A stretch of 64,000 bases of DNA from Candidatus Bathyarchaeota archaeon (GCA_963702095.1 OY969706.1:1824001-1888000), one strand, 5' to 3'. Shown: positions 1 through 9,892, counted from the stretch's first letter. Made by a program: numbers and translations. The notes: generated by a model not told the origin, from the sequence alone.

Positions 1-295
1 AAACTCAAATCAGGCTTCACCATCCAAACAATCCTTGACTCCTCAGCTCCTCTTGGAGGTCAAGAGTCAAAGCTTCTTGTAAAACCTATGAGGGTGTACT
101 GCTTTTTTAGTCTATTGCTTGTGTAAGGTCGGCTCTTGGCTGCTTGATGGGCAAGCGTCACTGTTTTCAAATGAAATTTGTAGCTCCACTTTATTCTACA
201 TTAAAAAATGCATTTAGCATGCTTCGGGCGGTTTTTGCCGCCTTGGATGCAATAATCCATATATCGCCGCTGTGCCCCATCCAGCGTTGATTGTG

Positions 296-1447
296 ATGTA
301 CCGTTCTGGCACTGCTGTTCTACCATTGCATGGTGGCAAAGCGCCCTCATGGCTTACGGGGCGCATGCGTGGGCTCGCCCGAGGAATCGCCGATGTCTTC
401 ATCGACGAGTACGGCGCCGCCAAATTCATCGCGCGACTATCCGACCCTTACTGGTTCCAAGCGCTCGGATGCGTCTTGGCTTATGACTGGCACAGCAGCG
501 GCGTAACCACAGTTGTCACCGGCGTCCTCAAAACCGCCCTGTCGCCAGAAGAGCACGGCGTCGCGGTCTGCGGCGGCAAAGGTAAAACCAGCCGCAAAAC
601 ACCCAGCGACATCCAGTTTATCGGCGAAAAATGGGGTTTCTCAGAAGAAAAAATCGACGACCTCCTCCATACAAGCCGCATGACAGCCAAAGTCGACAAC
701 GCCGCTGTGCAGGATGGCTACCAACTCTACCACCACGCGTTCCTCCTCACGGCGGAGGGCGAGTGGGCGGTTGTGCAGCAGGGCATGAGCGGCGCAGAGC
801 GGAGTGCTCGGCGGTATCATTGGCTGAGCAGCAGCACCCAAAGCTTCACTGAGGATCCCCGCAACGCAGTCGCCTGTGACGTCACACGGGAAAAGGCGCT
901 CAACATGGTTGCCCGTGAAAGCCAAGAAGCACGGAAAGCCTCGGTTGACCTTGCGAAGGAGCCGCCGAAGAAACTGTTTAACCTCATCCAATCCACGACT
1001 AAGCCCCCCAACCAAGCGTCGCTGCAAACGTGGCTGCCCCAAACAGACTACCCCTGGACACAAACCCAAACCACCCTCAACATGCCCCGTCACATCAACT
1101 GGGACACACTCAGCCGCCTATACGAGTTCCAACCCCGCAACTACGAGGAATTCTTAAGCGTCAAAGGCGTCGGACCCGCAACCGTCCGAGGCTTAGCCCT
1201 CGTCGCCGAACTCATCTACGGCGAAGAACCCAGCTGGCAAGACCCCGTCAAATTCAGCTTCGCCTACGGTGGCAAAGACGGCGTACCCTTTCCCGTCGAC
1301 CGCAAAGCTATGGATGAATCTATTGAAATCCTCAGAAAGTCAGTTGAGGAAGCTAAAATAGACGAAAAAGACAGGCTGCAATCGCTGCAGAGGCTGAGGC
1401 GGTTTGTGCCCCAGACCACAAACTCTAAACGGGCAATCGCCAAATAA
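296..1447 (+). CDS. DUF763 family protein
   Basis: Motifs LPLHGGKAP.WL..RM, DP.WFQA.GCVL..DWHSSG.TT, HhH-like KGVGPAT and FSFAYGGKDGVPFPVD. ATG at 296 preferred over GTG at 272. Confidence 0.9.
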   Translation: MYRSGTAVLPLHGGKAPSWLTGRMRGLARGIADVFIDEYGAAKFIARLSDPYWFQALGCVLAYDWHSSGVTTVVTGVLKTALSPEEHGVAVCGGKGKTSRKTPSDIQFIGEKWGFSEEKIDDLLHTSRMTAKVDNAAVQDGYQLYHHAFLLTAEGEWAVVQQGMSGAERSARRYHWLSSSTQSFTEDPRNAVACDVTREKALNMVARESQEARKASVDLAKEPPKKLFNLIQSTTKPPNQASLQTWLPQTDYPWTQTQTTLNMPRHINWDTLSRLYEFQPRNYEEFLSVKGVGPATVRGLALVAELIYGEEPSWQDPVKFSFAYGGKDGVPFPVDRKAMDESIEILRKSVEEAKIDEKDRLQSLQRLRRFVPQTTNSKRAIAK

Positions 1448-1452
1448 CCACT

Positions 1453-2049
1453 GTGAGCAAAATGACTAAACCCGCCCAGATTGGAGCAATCGCAGGAATC
1501 ATCGCCCCCATAGTTGCCTTCACCTGCATCCTAACCGCCATCGCGTCTTATCCAGCGTTTAGCTGGACAAACAACGCGTTGAGTGACCTAGGCGTAGTCG
1601 GAGGCGCAACCAGCATAATCTTCAATTCTGGGCTCGTCACCGCGGGGGTGTTGGCGTTTGTCTTTGCCGTTTTAGGCGTGTACTCATACGTTGGAAGGCA
1701 ATTGGTAGGAAAGGTGGGCGTTGCGGTTTTTGCTGCTGCAACGGTTGCGTTGGTCTGCATTGGCATCTTCAACGAGCACTTTGTGCCGACGCATTACATG
1801 GTTTCGGTGGCGTTTTTTGTTTTGGCGCCGATTGGCTTTTTCAATTTGACCTGTGCTTTTTGGCTGGGTGGACGCCGCAGTTTGGCTGTGTTTAGTCTGG
1901 TGCTCGGCGTGATTGCTGCTTTACCCTGGATTTTTGAGTTCACAATATACTATGCGCCAAACGTTGCCATACCCGAAACAGTGTCTGCGCTGGCAATTGC
2001 GGCTTGGGCTATTGTGCTCTCAAAACTGATTCTTACCCAAAAACGCTAG
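1453..2049 (+). CDS. DUF998 family membrane protein
   Basis: FSW..NALSDLG motif and about 6 hydrophobic helices. Confidence 0.8.
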   Translation: MSKMTKPAQIGAIAGIIAPIVAFTCILTAIASYPAFSWTNNALSDLGVVGGATSIIFNSGLVTAGVLAFVFAVLGVYSYVGRQLVGKVGVAVFAAATVALVCIGIFNEHFVPTHYMVSVAFFVLAPIGFFNLTCAFWLGGRRSLAVFSLVLGVIAALPWIFEFTIYYAPNVAIPETVSALAIAAWAIVLSKLILTQKR

Positions 2050-2261
2050 TCTGAGGCTGAGGAGGAACTCCACTTCTTAACCATCCTATACCCCGCATAA
2101 GCTATAACCGCAAACACCACAACGATGCCGACGATCCCGATTACTTCGCCTGCTAAACTTGCTCCGTCCGCTGTGTTGGAGGCCTGTGTTGCCTCCGCAC
2201 TAGCCAAGGTAAGTGTTGAGAAACAAAGCAAAACTGCGAGTGCAGCGACAGCTTTTAGCAT
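2046..2261 (-). CDS. small membrane protein (signal peptide plus one TM helix)
   Basis: 71-aa ORF with an N-terminal signal-like segment, a second hydrophobic helix and a basic tail. Confidence 0.6.
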   Translation of the reverse strand: MLKAVAALAVLLCFSTLTLASAEATQASNTADGASLAGEVIGIVGIVVVFAVIAYAGYRMVKKWSSSSASD

Positions 2262-2294
2262 TTTATCCCCAACCTCATTGGTTGGTTTAGGCGT

Positions 2295-3308
2295 TTAAAA
2301 CCTTTGGTTCACCGCTTTACCGCCAACATCCGAGCCCACTTGGGCACAGCAACACGGCGAAAAAACCGTTTGGAACCCCCTGTTTTTGGCGTATTCAACA
2401 GCTTTTTCACTTGGAAACGCCACCCCATCCACGCCGGCTTTTAGCGCCAAAACGTCGGTTTCCCCGCGCAGTTTGCCTTTGGGGCGCATGCAACCCAGCA
2501 CCAGTGGGGTGTGGGGGAACATTTGGCGGGCTGCGGCGGCGACTTTGGCGATGTCGAGGGGTTGAGGCGGCGGGGTTTTAGCCATTTCTGTGCCTTGGAT
2601 GGGCATAAATGCGATGATGACCACAGCAGAGGGTGTGCTGTTTTCTTTGATGGTTTCCAGCGCGTGGAGTTCGCCGTCGAGTTTGCCCCCGTTTAAGCCG
2701 ACGATGACATGGGGCACCACGTTTAGGCGGGCTTCTGTGAGGGCTTTTAGCGACTGGGCATAGTCTCTGACGCCGACTTTAAGGTTCAACGTATGCTGCA
2801 TTGTTTCTTCGGAGCCCAACACATCGATTAACGTAGCGTCTACCCCCGCCTTTTTTAGCAAAAAAGCGGATTCTCCACGCACAATTCCCGTGTGGACAAA
2901 CACCGTTAACCCCAACTCATGCTTAAGCCGCCCCAAAACCGCTGTGAACCCATCGATGGGCACGGAGCCGTCGGGTAAGCAACCGCCGCTTACCAGCACA
3001 CCTTTGGCGCCTTCACGCTTAAGCTTCACCGCCAACTCAAACAGAGCCTCAGGCGACTGGGCTGCCTGCATGGTTTCGAGCACTTTGCCGCCGCAGTGCT
3101 TGCAGTTCAATGCGCAGTTGTTGCCGGTGACGGATATGGTGGGAAACTCTTTGGTTGAGGTGCAGAAGTACTTGGTTTTGCAGTAAGTGAAGCTGGGCGC
3201 GTAGAAGTGGATGGTGTTGCTTGTGGGTTTTAGGGTGCCTGAATTTAGCAGTGTGTTGAGTTCTGTTGGGTTTAGGTTCCAAATGGTCTGAGGGGCAATG
3301 TTTTCCAT
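2295..3308 (-). CDS. lipS1: radical SAM protein, LipS1-type (archaeal lipoyl synthase component)
   Basis: CxxxCxxC (CALNCKHC), GCMR motif and C-terminal CC(C), which match the GC(M/A)R and CC motifs of Thermococcus LipS1. Start taken at ATG 3308 because the longer ORF runs through a repeat. Confidence 0.7.
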   Translation of the reverse strand: MENIAPQTIWNLNPTELNTLLNSGTLKPTSNTIHFYAPSFTYCKTKYFCTSTKEFPTISVTGNNCALNCKHCGGKVLETMQAAQSPEALFELAVKLKREGAKGVLVSGGCLPDGSVPIDGFTAVLGRLKHELGLTVFVHTGIVRGESAFLLKKAGVDATLIDVLGSEETMQHTLNLKVGVRDYAQSLKALTEARLNVVPHVIVGLNGGKLDGELHALETIKENSTPSAVVIIAFMPIQGTEMAKTPPPQPLDIAKVAAAARQMFPHTPLVLGCMRPKGKLRGETDVLALKAGVDGVAFPSEKAVEYAKNRGFQTVFSPCCCAQVGSDVGGKAVNQRF

Positions 3309-3354
3309 GGTCTTCAAAATAGGATTCCCGGCTCTTAATAGTTTAATCCCGCTG

Positions 3355-3468
3355 TGGCGTGTGGAAGAAATCGCATGCCCCCAACAGACAAGAAAAAATG
3401 CAACCCAAAGACAGCCGCACCCAGCTACAGACTTCTGGCACCCCATAAACCAGCACACCACAAAAGAG
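3355..3468 (+). repeat. dispersed repeat family 1, diverged 5'-truncated copy
   Basis: Blocks TGGCGTGTGGA, AACAGAC, TGCAACCCAAA, GGCACCCCATAAA and CACCACAAAAGAG are collinear with the copy at 12119-12295. Confidence 0.7.
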
Positions 3469-3584
3469 GCAAAGAGACACTTACGATTTAGACGTTTATA
3501 GGGGGAGGGGCAGGTCTGAAAAGCAATTAAAAGAGAACGAAAGGCCGAGGGAAAGCCCAAATAAAGGGGTAGAGCCAGTCCCTC

Positions 3585-6398
3585 TTAGTGTTCTGTGTGG
3601 TCGTGTTTGACTATGTCTTCGCCTTTCTTTGTGAAGAAGTGGCGGACGAAGAGTTTGCGGACCTCGTCAGCGAGTATAACCACAACCGCCAAAAACAGCA
3701 GGAACACCCAGTCCATCCAGCCCAACGCTACAGTGCCGAACACATCTTGCATTAAGGGCACGTAGATCAATACGGCAAGGATGCTTAGTTGCGCGATTAT
3801 GCCCCAGACGATCCACTTGTTTGTGGCTAAGCTGGTTCTGAAGATGGATTGTTTGCTGGTGCGGCATGCTAAGACGTTTCCTGCTTGGGCAACGACTATG
3901 CCTGCGAACATCATCGTGACACCTTTCAAATAGATTGGGTCAGGAGTGATGCCGGGAACGCCGAATTGCCAGTTGGCTGGTACAGGCATGCCGATGTGCC
4001 ATCCGCCTGTAGCCCAGACGTTTAGGCATCCGATTAGGGCGCCGATAGCAATGATTATGCCGATGTAGAGGGACCGGGAGAAGACTTTGCCTGTGAAGAG
4101 GCGTTCTTTGGCGCTTCTAGGAGGCTCCTCCATGATGCCAGCTTCTGGCGGTTCACGGCTCAACGCTAAACTGGGGATGACGTCGATGGCTAAGTCGATG
4201 GCTAATATTTGAACCACCAACAGCGGCAATGGGAAACCCACTAACGCATAAAGGACGAAGGGGATGAGTTCCGCCCAGTTGTGGGCGAACACGTAAACGA
4301 TGAATTTGCGGATGTTCTCATAGATGGCGCGTCCTGACTCGACGGCTTTAACTATGCTGGCGAAGCTGTCGTTTAGGAGCACTATGTCGGCTGCTTCGCG
4401 GGCAACGTCTGTGCCTGAAGCACCCATGGCGACGCCTATGTCGGCTTCTTTAAGTGAGGGCGCGTCGTTGGCGCCGTCTCCGGTGACCGCGACGATTTCG
4501 CCGCTTTTCTTAAGCACCTTGACTATACGGAGTTTCTGTTCAGGTGAAACCCTTGCAAAGATGACGTCGCCTTTTTTGACTTCGTCCACTATGGCTTGGT
4601 CGCTTAAATCTTCAAGGTCAATGCCGCGGATGACTTGGCAGCAATTTTTAGCGACGATTCCTACTTCCTGTGCGATAACCTGTGCTGTTGGGCCATAGTC
4701 GCCGGTGATGATGACGGTTTTTATGCCGGCTTGTCTAGCTTTTTCCACGGCGTCTTTTACTTCCATTCTTGGGGGGTCACGCATGCCTGCTAACCCGACA
4801 AAAATCAGGTCTTTTTCTAGGTTTTCGCAGTTTTCGCCTTTTTTGTATTCGGATTTAGGCATGCATTTGTACGCCATCGCTATAACACGTAAGCCTTCGT
4901 TGGCGAACTCGTGAAGTCTTGCTTCTATCCAATCCTCGTTTTCTTTAGTTAGGGGTTCCTCTACTCCGTCAACGAAGACGCGATTGCAATTATCCAGAAG
5001 TATGCGTGGCGCGCCTTTGGTGAAGATTGCAACTTCATCGCCAAGATCATGCACTGTGCTCATACGTTTGCGTTCATAACTGAAAGGCAATATGTCAACT
5101 GTGGGTTTCTCGTTTGCTGATTCGTCGATAACTTGGCCGTATTTGAGTGCGCAAACCAGCAGTGCTCCGTCAGTTGGGTCGCCGATGACGCTCCAGTTTC
5201 GGTTTCGGTCATTGGGAGGCTCAATTTTGGCGCCGTTGCAGAGCGCGGCAATCTCTAGGAGTCTGTCAAGCGATTTTGTTTCTCCAGCATGTAGCGGCTC
5301 ACCGTTTATGGTAAAGTCGCCCACTGGCATATAGCCTAAACCTGAAACTTCGATAACACGGTCTTTTACCCAGAGCTTGTTAACGGTCATTTCGCCTTTG
5401 GTGATGGTGCCTGTTTTGTCAGTGCAGATCACCGTGACACTGCCCAATGTTTGCACGGCGGATAAGCGTTTAACCAACACGTTTTGACGCACCATTTTGA
5501 GCACGTTGATGGCTAACGCGCTGGAAACAGTGACCTGTAAACCTTCAGGGACACAAGCCACCATGACACCGATCATGAAGAGGAAACTTGTGCCGGGTGG
5601 TATGTGAAGGAAAAGAAAACTTGCGGCAAAAAAGGATATCCCAACGAGGACTGCAATGATAAAGTCAAACTTTGCCATGGACGCAATTTCTTTTTCGAGT
5701 GGACTGTCTTCTTCTTGGATTGTTTGGGTTAAACTGGCGATTCTGCCAAACTGTGTGCCCATGCCAGTGGCGTATGCGACTGCTTTACCCTGACCTTTTG
5801 CCACGCTGGTGCTCATGAACACAAGGTTAGGAGCATAGAGGTAGGCTTTTTCAACCACCTTTGCGGTTTCAGCGACGCGTGGTTGGGGTTCCGATTCTCC
5901 TGTGAGGGGCACGTTGTTCGTCCATAAATCAAAGGCTTCGATTATCCGTGCATCGGCGGGGACGCGGTCGCCTTCCTCAAGCGCGATTATGTCGCCTGGA
6001 ACTATCTCTGAAACAGAGATTTTCTTGAGTTCCCCGTCGCGAATAACTTTTGCATATTCAGGCATCCAGCTTTTCAATGTTGCCATGGCTTTTTCAGCAC
6101 GTGACTCCTGGAATATGCTGACTAAGATGTTAACAAAAACTACGGCTAAGATGATGAAGCCAAGTGAGGGGTCGTCGCTTACAAAGGATAAGATAGCTGC
6201 GAAGATGAGAAGTATGCCGAAAAGGTCGCGGAGGTGCTTGATGAATTTGTGTATTAAGGGCAGTTGCCTGCGCTCGGAAAGTTTGTTGTAACCGTATTTT
6301 TTGAGGCGTAATTTAGCCTCTTGGCTTGACAAGCCCTCCGAAGTTGTTTGCAGGTCCTCGAAAACCGTTTCAATCGGCATAGAAGCAGCTTTTTCCAA
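3585..6398 (-). CDS. cation-transporting P-type ATPase (type II, P2C-like membrane motifs)
   Basis: TGES, PEGL, DKTGT, KGAP, TGD and GDGAND motifs; M4 VMVACVPEGL and M6 IDLAIDVIP. Confidence 0.95.
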   Translation of the reverse strand: MEKAASMPIETVFEDLQTTSEGLSSQEAKLRLKKYGYNKLSERRQLPLIHKFIKHLRDLFGILLIFAAILSFVSDDPSLGFIILAVVFVNILVSIFQESRAEKAMATLKSWMPEYAKVIRDGELKKISVSEIVPGDIIALEEGDRVPADARIIEAFDLWTNNVPLTGESEPQPRVAETAKVVEKAYLYAPNLVFMSTSVAKGQGKAVAYATGMGTQFGRIASLTQTIQEEDSPLEKEIASMAKFDFIIAVLVGISFFAASFLFLHIPPGTSFLFMIGVMVACVPEGLQVTVSSALAINVLKMVRQNVLVKRLSAVQTLGSVTVICTDKTGTITKGEMTVNKLWVKDRVIEVSGLGYMPVGDFTINGEPLHAGETKSLDRLLEIAALCNGAKIEPPNDRNRNWSVIGDPTDGALLVCALKYGQVIDESANEKPTVDILPFSYERKRMSTVHDLGDEVAIFTKGAPRILLDNCNRVFVDGVEEPLTKENEDWIEARLHEFANEGLRVIAMAYKCMPKSEYKKGENCENLEKDLIFVGLAGMRDPPRMEVKDAVEKARQAGIKTVIITGDYGPTAQVIAQEVGIVAKNCCQVIRGIDLEDLSDQAIVDEVKKGDVIFARVSPEQKLRIVKVLKKSGEIVAVTGDGANDAPSLKEADIGVAMGASGTDVAREAADIVLLNDSFASIVKAVESGRAIYENIRKFIVYVFAHNWAELIPFVLYALVGFPLPLLVVQILAIDLAIDVIPSLALSREPPEAGIMEEPPRSAKERLFTGKVFSRSLYIGIIIAIGALIGCLNVWATGGWHIGMPVPANWQFGVPGITPDPIYLKGVTMMFAGIVVAQAGNVLACRTSKQSIFRTSLATNKWIVWGIIAQLSILAVLIYVPLMQDVFGTVALGWMDWVFLLFLAVVVILADEVRKLFVRHFFTKKGEDIVKHDHTEH

Positions 6399-7032
6399 TC
6401 TTATACCGCCAAAATTTCAAGAGACCGAATTTGAAAACAACCCCGATGAAAACTTAATGCGAGGGGCGCTTGGGCTCTGTAGACTAATATGTTAATCGCC
6501 TGCAATAAGACTTTTTGAATCTGCATTCGGATCCTCAGCGTATTTCTGTGCCTATTTCTGTGTCACAGTGAGAGTTTAGTTTTTGGTTAGTATAGGATGT
6601 TGAATTTAAAGCAATCGGGTTTAAAGAGTCTTTTAATCGCGAAAAACTCTGTTTCTGGCGCGTATTGTTCGCAAGCGTATATGTATCCATTAGGCTCCCC
6701 TCGAAACTTTTTCTTCACTCATAGAACCCAGTGTTAATTTATTCTTTTTTGCGAAATAGGGTTAACTAAAATGCAAACTCCAGTAAGCGCTATCTTTCAT
6801 GGTGAAAGAAAGCTTGTAACGGTTGGAAACTCTCTGAGGGCACTGTTTGAGCTAAGTTTTGGGGTTGTTTTCATCACAATTGATTCCAAAAAATATTGCC
6901 ATAAAGTTAATAGGCTACAAATTCAATTTCCCTGTAGTCTCACCGTATTTCCATGGTAGATTAAATGCTTCAAATAATCAAAAATACACATTTGAAGATA
7001 CTATTTCAAAGATAATGGAGAAAGAATAGTTT

Positions 7033-9249
7033 ATGGCGCGATATAGACAAACAGACGAAATCGTCAAATTGATGGATAATCCAACTATCATACGTAACAC
7101 CAGCATCATCGCACACGTTGACCACGGCAAAACCACCCTCTCAGACAGCCTCCTCGCCGCCGCAGGCATCATCAGCACCCAAACCGCTGGGCAAAAACTG
7201 TTTTTGGACAGTTGGGACCTTGAGCAGAAACGCCAAATGACCGTTTTCGCCTCCAACGTCAGCTTAGTCCACACCTACAACAACCAAGACTACCTCATCA
7301 ACCTCATCGACACCCCCGGCCACATTGACTTCTCAGGCGCAGTCACCAGAAGCCTAAGAGCCGTCGACGGCGCCCTAGTCGTCGTAGACGCAGTTGAGGG
7401 TCCCATGACTCAAACTGAAACCGTCTTGATGCAGGCGCTACGTGAACGTGTCAAGCCACTGTTATTCATCAACAAAGTTGACCGATTAATCAAAGAAATC
7501 AAGTTGACCCCCGCGGAAATCCAAAAGAAATTCGCAAAGATCCTTCTAAGAGTCAACACCTTAATCGAAAAATATGCTCCGCCAGAACACAAACAGGACT
7601 GGCAAGTGAAAATCGAGGACAGCCGCGTTGCCTTCGGTTCAGCACTGCACAAATGGGGCTTAAACCTTGACCACATGAAACTAAAGAAAATTAGTTTCCA
7701 AGACATCATCGACGCTTACAGCGGCGAAGCAACCGAAGTAGGCAGAAAAGTTGATGAACTAAGCAAGAGAGCGCCCCTGCCAGAACCAATCCTTGACATG
7801 TTCTGCCAGCACCTTCCAAACCCATTCCAAGCACAACCGTACCGTCAACCACAGATTTGGCCAGGCGACGTCAACAGCGCAGTCGGCCAAGGCATGGCAA
7901 AAGTAGACCCCAACGGACCACTACTCATGTGCATCTCCACAATCGAAGTTGACCCACACAGCGGCACAGTCGCCATCGGCAGAATCTTCAGTGGCGCCAT
8001 CACCAAAGGAAAAGAAGTCCAACTAGTCAGCGCAGGCCAAAAAGGAGTCATACAGCAGGTTTTCATGAGTATGGCAACTGACCGTGTCTTCATTGACCGT
8101 GTCCCCGCAGGCAACATCGGCGCAATCTCAGGTTTACCCGCACTGCACGTCGGTGAAACCGTCGGTGAAGCAGGCATGGAAATCCACAGTTTCGAAGGTC
8201 TCCGATACGTTTCTGACCCAGTCGTCACCGTAGCAGTTGAACCCGAAGACGTCAAAGACCTACCGCTCTTCGACAAAGTCATGCATAAACTCACAACCGA
8301 AGACCCCAACCTGCACTTCATCATGAACAAAGAATCAGGCGAATTCCTCCTAAGCGGCATGGGCGAATTGCACCTTGAAATCACCGCTTACCGCATGCAG
8401 GAAGCAGGCCTTAAAGTTAAACTCAGCAAACCCATCGTCATCTTCAGAGAAACCATCGGCCACGATTACAAGGGTCCAGCTATCATGGGTAAAAGCCCCA
8501 ACAAACACAACAAACTCTGGATAACCATTGAGAAGCTATCCGACGAAGTCATCGAAGCCATCAAATCTGATAAAATCTCTGACATGCAAAGCAAAGACGA
8601 ACGCACAAAGCTTCTCCGCACCATGGGTTGGGACCCAGACGATGCCAAAGGCGCAGTCGCCGTTGAAGAAAACTGCATCCTATGCAACCGCATCCGCGGA
8701 CGCCAATACGTAGAAGAAATCATCGACCACATAAAAACAGGGTTCCGCGAAGCAGTCCACACTTCACCCTTAGCTAAAGAGCCAGCTTACGGACTGAAAA
8801 TAAACTTAGAAGACATAACAATGCACGAGGACCCAGTCCACAGAGGCCCCGCACAAGCTATCCCCATGACTTGGAGACCAATCTACTGTTGCATATTGCT
8901 AAGCAACCCCAAACTGCTTGAGCCACTGATGAGTTTCGAATGCAAAGTTCCAAGCGAATACGTCAGCGCCGTCATTACAATGCTTAACAAACGCCGAGGA
9001 AAAATCCTTGACATGCCCTCAGAAGAAGACATGATCACCGTTAAAGCTGAAATGCCAGTTTCTGAAAGCTTCGGTATAGCTGACGAGTTGCGTGGTTCAA
9101 CTTCAGGCAGGGCTTTCTGGGCGACACAGTTCAGCAGATGGGCATATGTGCCAGAACAGATGCAGGCGGACACAATCAAAAAGATTCGCGAGCGCAGAGG
9201 TTTACCACCAGTCCCGCCAAAGCCAGAAGAATACTTCGAGAGCGAATAA
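7033..9249 (+). CDS. fusA: translation elongation factor EF-2 family GTPase (probable aEF-2 paralog)
   Basis: AHVDHGKTT, DTPGH, NKVD, GMGELHLE and diphthamide-loop HEDPVHRG. Switch I reads RQMTV instead of RGITI. Confidence 0.93.
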   Translation: MARYRQTDEIVKLMDNPTIIRNTSIIAHVDHGKTTLSDSLLAAAGIISTQTAGQKLFLDSWDLEQKRQMTVFASNVSLVHTYNNQDYLINLIDTPGHIDFSGAVTRSLRAVDGALVVVDAVEGPMTQTETVLMQALRERVKPLLFINKVDRLIKEIKLTPAEIQKKFAKILLRVNTLIEKYAPPEHKQDWQVKIEDSRVAFGSALHKWGLNLDHMKLKKISFQDIIDAYSGEATEVGRKVDELSKRAPLPEPILDMFCQHLPNPFQAQPYRQPQIWPGDVNSAVGQGMAKVDPNGPLLMCISTIEVDPHSGTVAIGRIFSGAITKGKEVQLVSAGQKGVIQQVFMSMATDRVFIDRVPAGNIGAISGLPALHVGETVGEAGMEIHSFEGLRYVSDPVVTVAVEPEDVKDLPLFDKVMHKLTTEDPNLHFIMNKESGEFLLSGMGELHLEITAYRMQEAGLKVKLSKPIVIFRETIGHDYKGPAIMGKSPNKHNKLWITIEKLSDEVIEAIKSDKISDMQSKDERTKLLRTMGWDPDDAKGAVAVEENCILCNRIRGRQYVEEIIDHIKTGFREAVHTSPLAKEPAYGLKINLEDITMHEDPVHRGPAQAIPMTWRPIYCCILLSNPKLLEPLMSFECKVPSEYVSAVITMLNKRRGKILDMPSEEDMITVKAEMPVSESFGIADELRGSTSGRAFWATQFSRWAYVPEQMQADTIKKIRERRGLPPVPPKPEEYFESE

Positions 9250-9255
9250 ACGCTC

Positions 9256-9276
9256 CTTCTTTATTTTTATTTTTTA
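9256..9276 (+). terminator. T-rich archaeal terminator shared by convergent genes
   Basis: Oligo-T tract (TTCTTTATTTTTATTTTTT) just after the EF-2 stop. Confidence 0.5.
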
Positions 9277-9294
9277 ACGTTTTAAAAGGGAATT

Positions 9295-9654
9295 TTACGT
9301 TTCTACATTCCGGCATTCAACTTTAGTTTCTGACCTTGGTTGAACATTTGGGGAATTGTCGCTTTCCATCGTTACCCGTGTTTCCCCCACATTGTAAGCG
9401 CCCATCGACGCCGAACCCTTGTAGACGGCATATGCCTTGTCGATGTCCTCTTGGAGCCTTCGCAGTTCAACGTCGGTTTCAGCCCTTATCTTATCAGCGG
9501 TCCAGCCGTCCTCCATCCGGACTTGCACGCGCTCCGCAACTTCTGCCGCCACACGCTCCGGTAACCCAGCCGCTTTCAAGTCGCCTTCAACCATTTTAAC
9601 ATCAAAAGTGGCTTCGGCTCCATCTTTATTGACTATTTTAACCACTAAACGCAC
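9295..9654 (-). CDS. stand-alone ATP-cone-like protein
   Basis: N-terminus VKIVNKDG.E.TFD..MV...L..AG......A..VA.V resembles the ATP-cone consensus. Confidence 0.6.
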   Translation of the reverse strand: MRLVVKIVNKDGAEATFDVKMVEGDLKAAGLPERVAAEVAERVQVRMEDGWTADKIRAETDVELRRLQEDIDKAYAVYKGSASMGAYNVGETRVTMESDNSPNVQPRSETKVECRNVET

Positions 9655-9785
9655 CTCCTAAAGCAGAAAACGCAATCAATTGAGTGATGCTTCAAAGAAA
9701 CATAAAGATGTGTGACTGCTCAACCACACCAACTTCGCCTGCTCTACCATTTTTGGGGCTCTTTTCCTAATTTCTAGGGTATTGC

Positions 9786-9834
9786 TTGCAATCTTGTGGC
9801 ACCTCGTAAACTGCCACACCCACATAAAGAGAAA
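9786..9834 (+). repeat. dispersed repeat family 1, 3'-end-only copy
   Basis: TTGCAATCTTGTGGCACC...CCACACCCACATAAAGAGAAA matches the family 3' end. Confidence 0.75.
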
Positions 9835-9892
9835 GCCGTTTTGGGGTAAGGCTTTAATGTGGAGTATAAGTTAACGTTTAACTGGTTACTCT

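Noticed and set aside
35-71. Imperfect inverted repeat CTTGAC(T)CCTC...GAGGTCAAG / GAGTCAA at the window edge
   Set aside because: Single occurrence with truncated context, so no function can be assigned.
3309-3560. N-terminal extension of the radical SAM ORF in the ORF track
   Set aside because: It is read-through across a family-1 repeat; the Cys/Trp-rich translation is not protein-like.
6541-6562. Tandem TATTTCTGTG x2
   Set aside because: Only two 10-nt units; could be chance or a minor operator.
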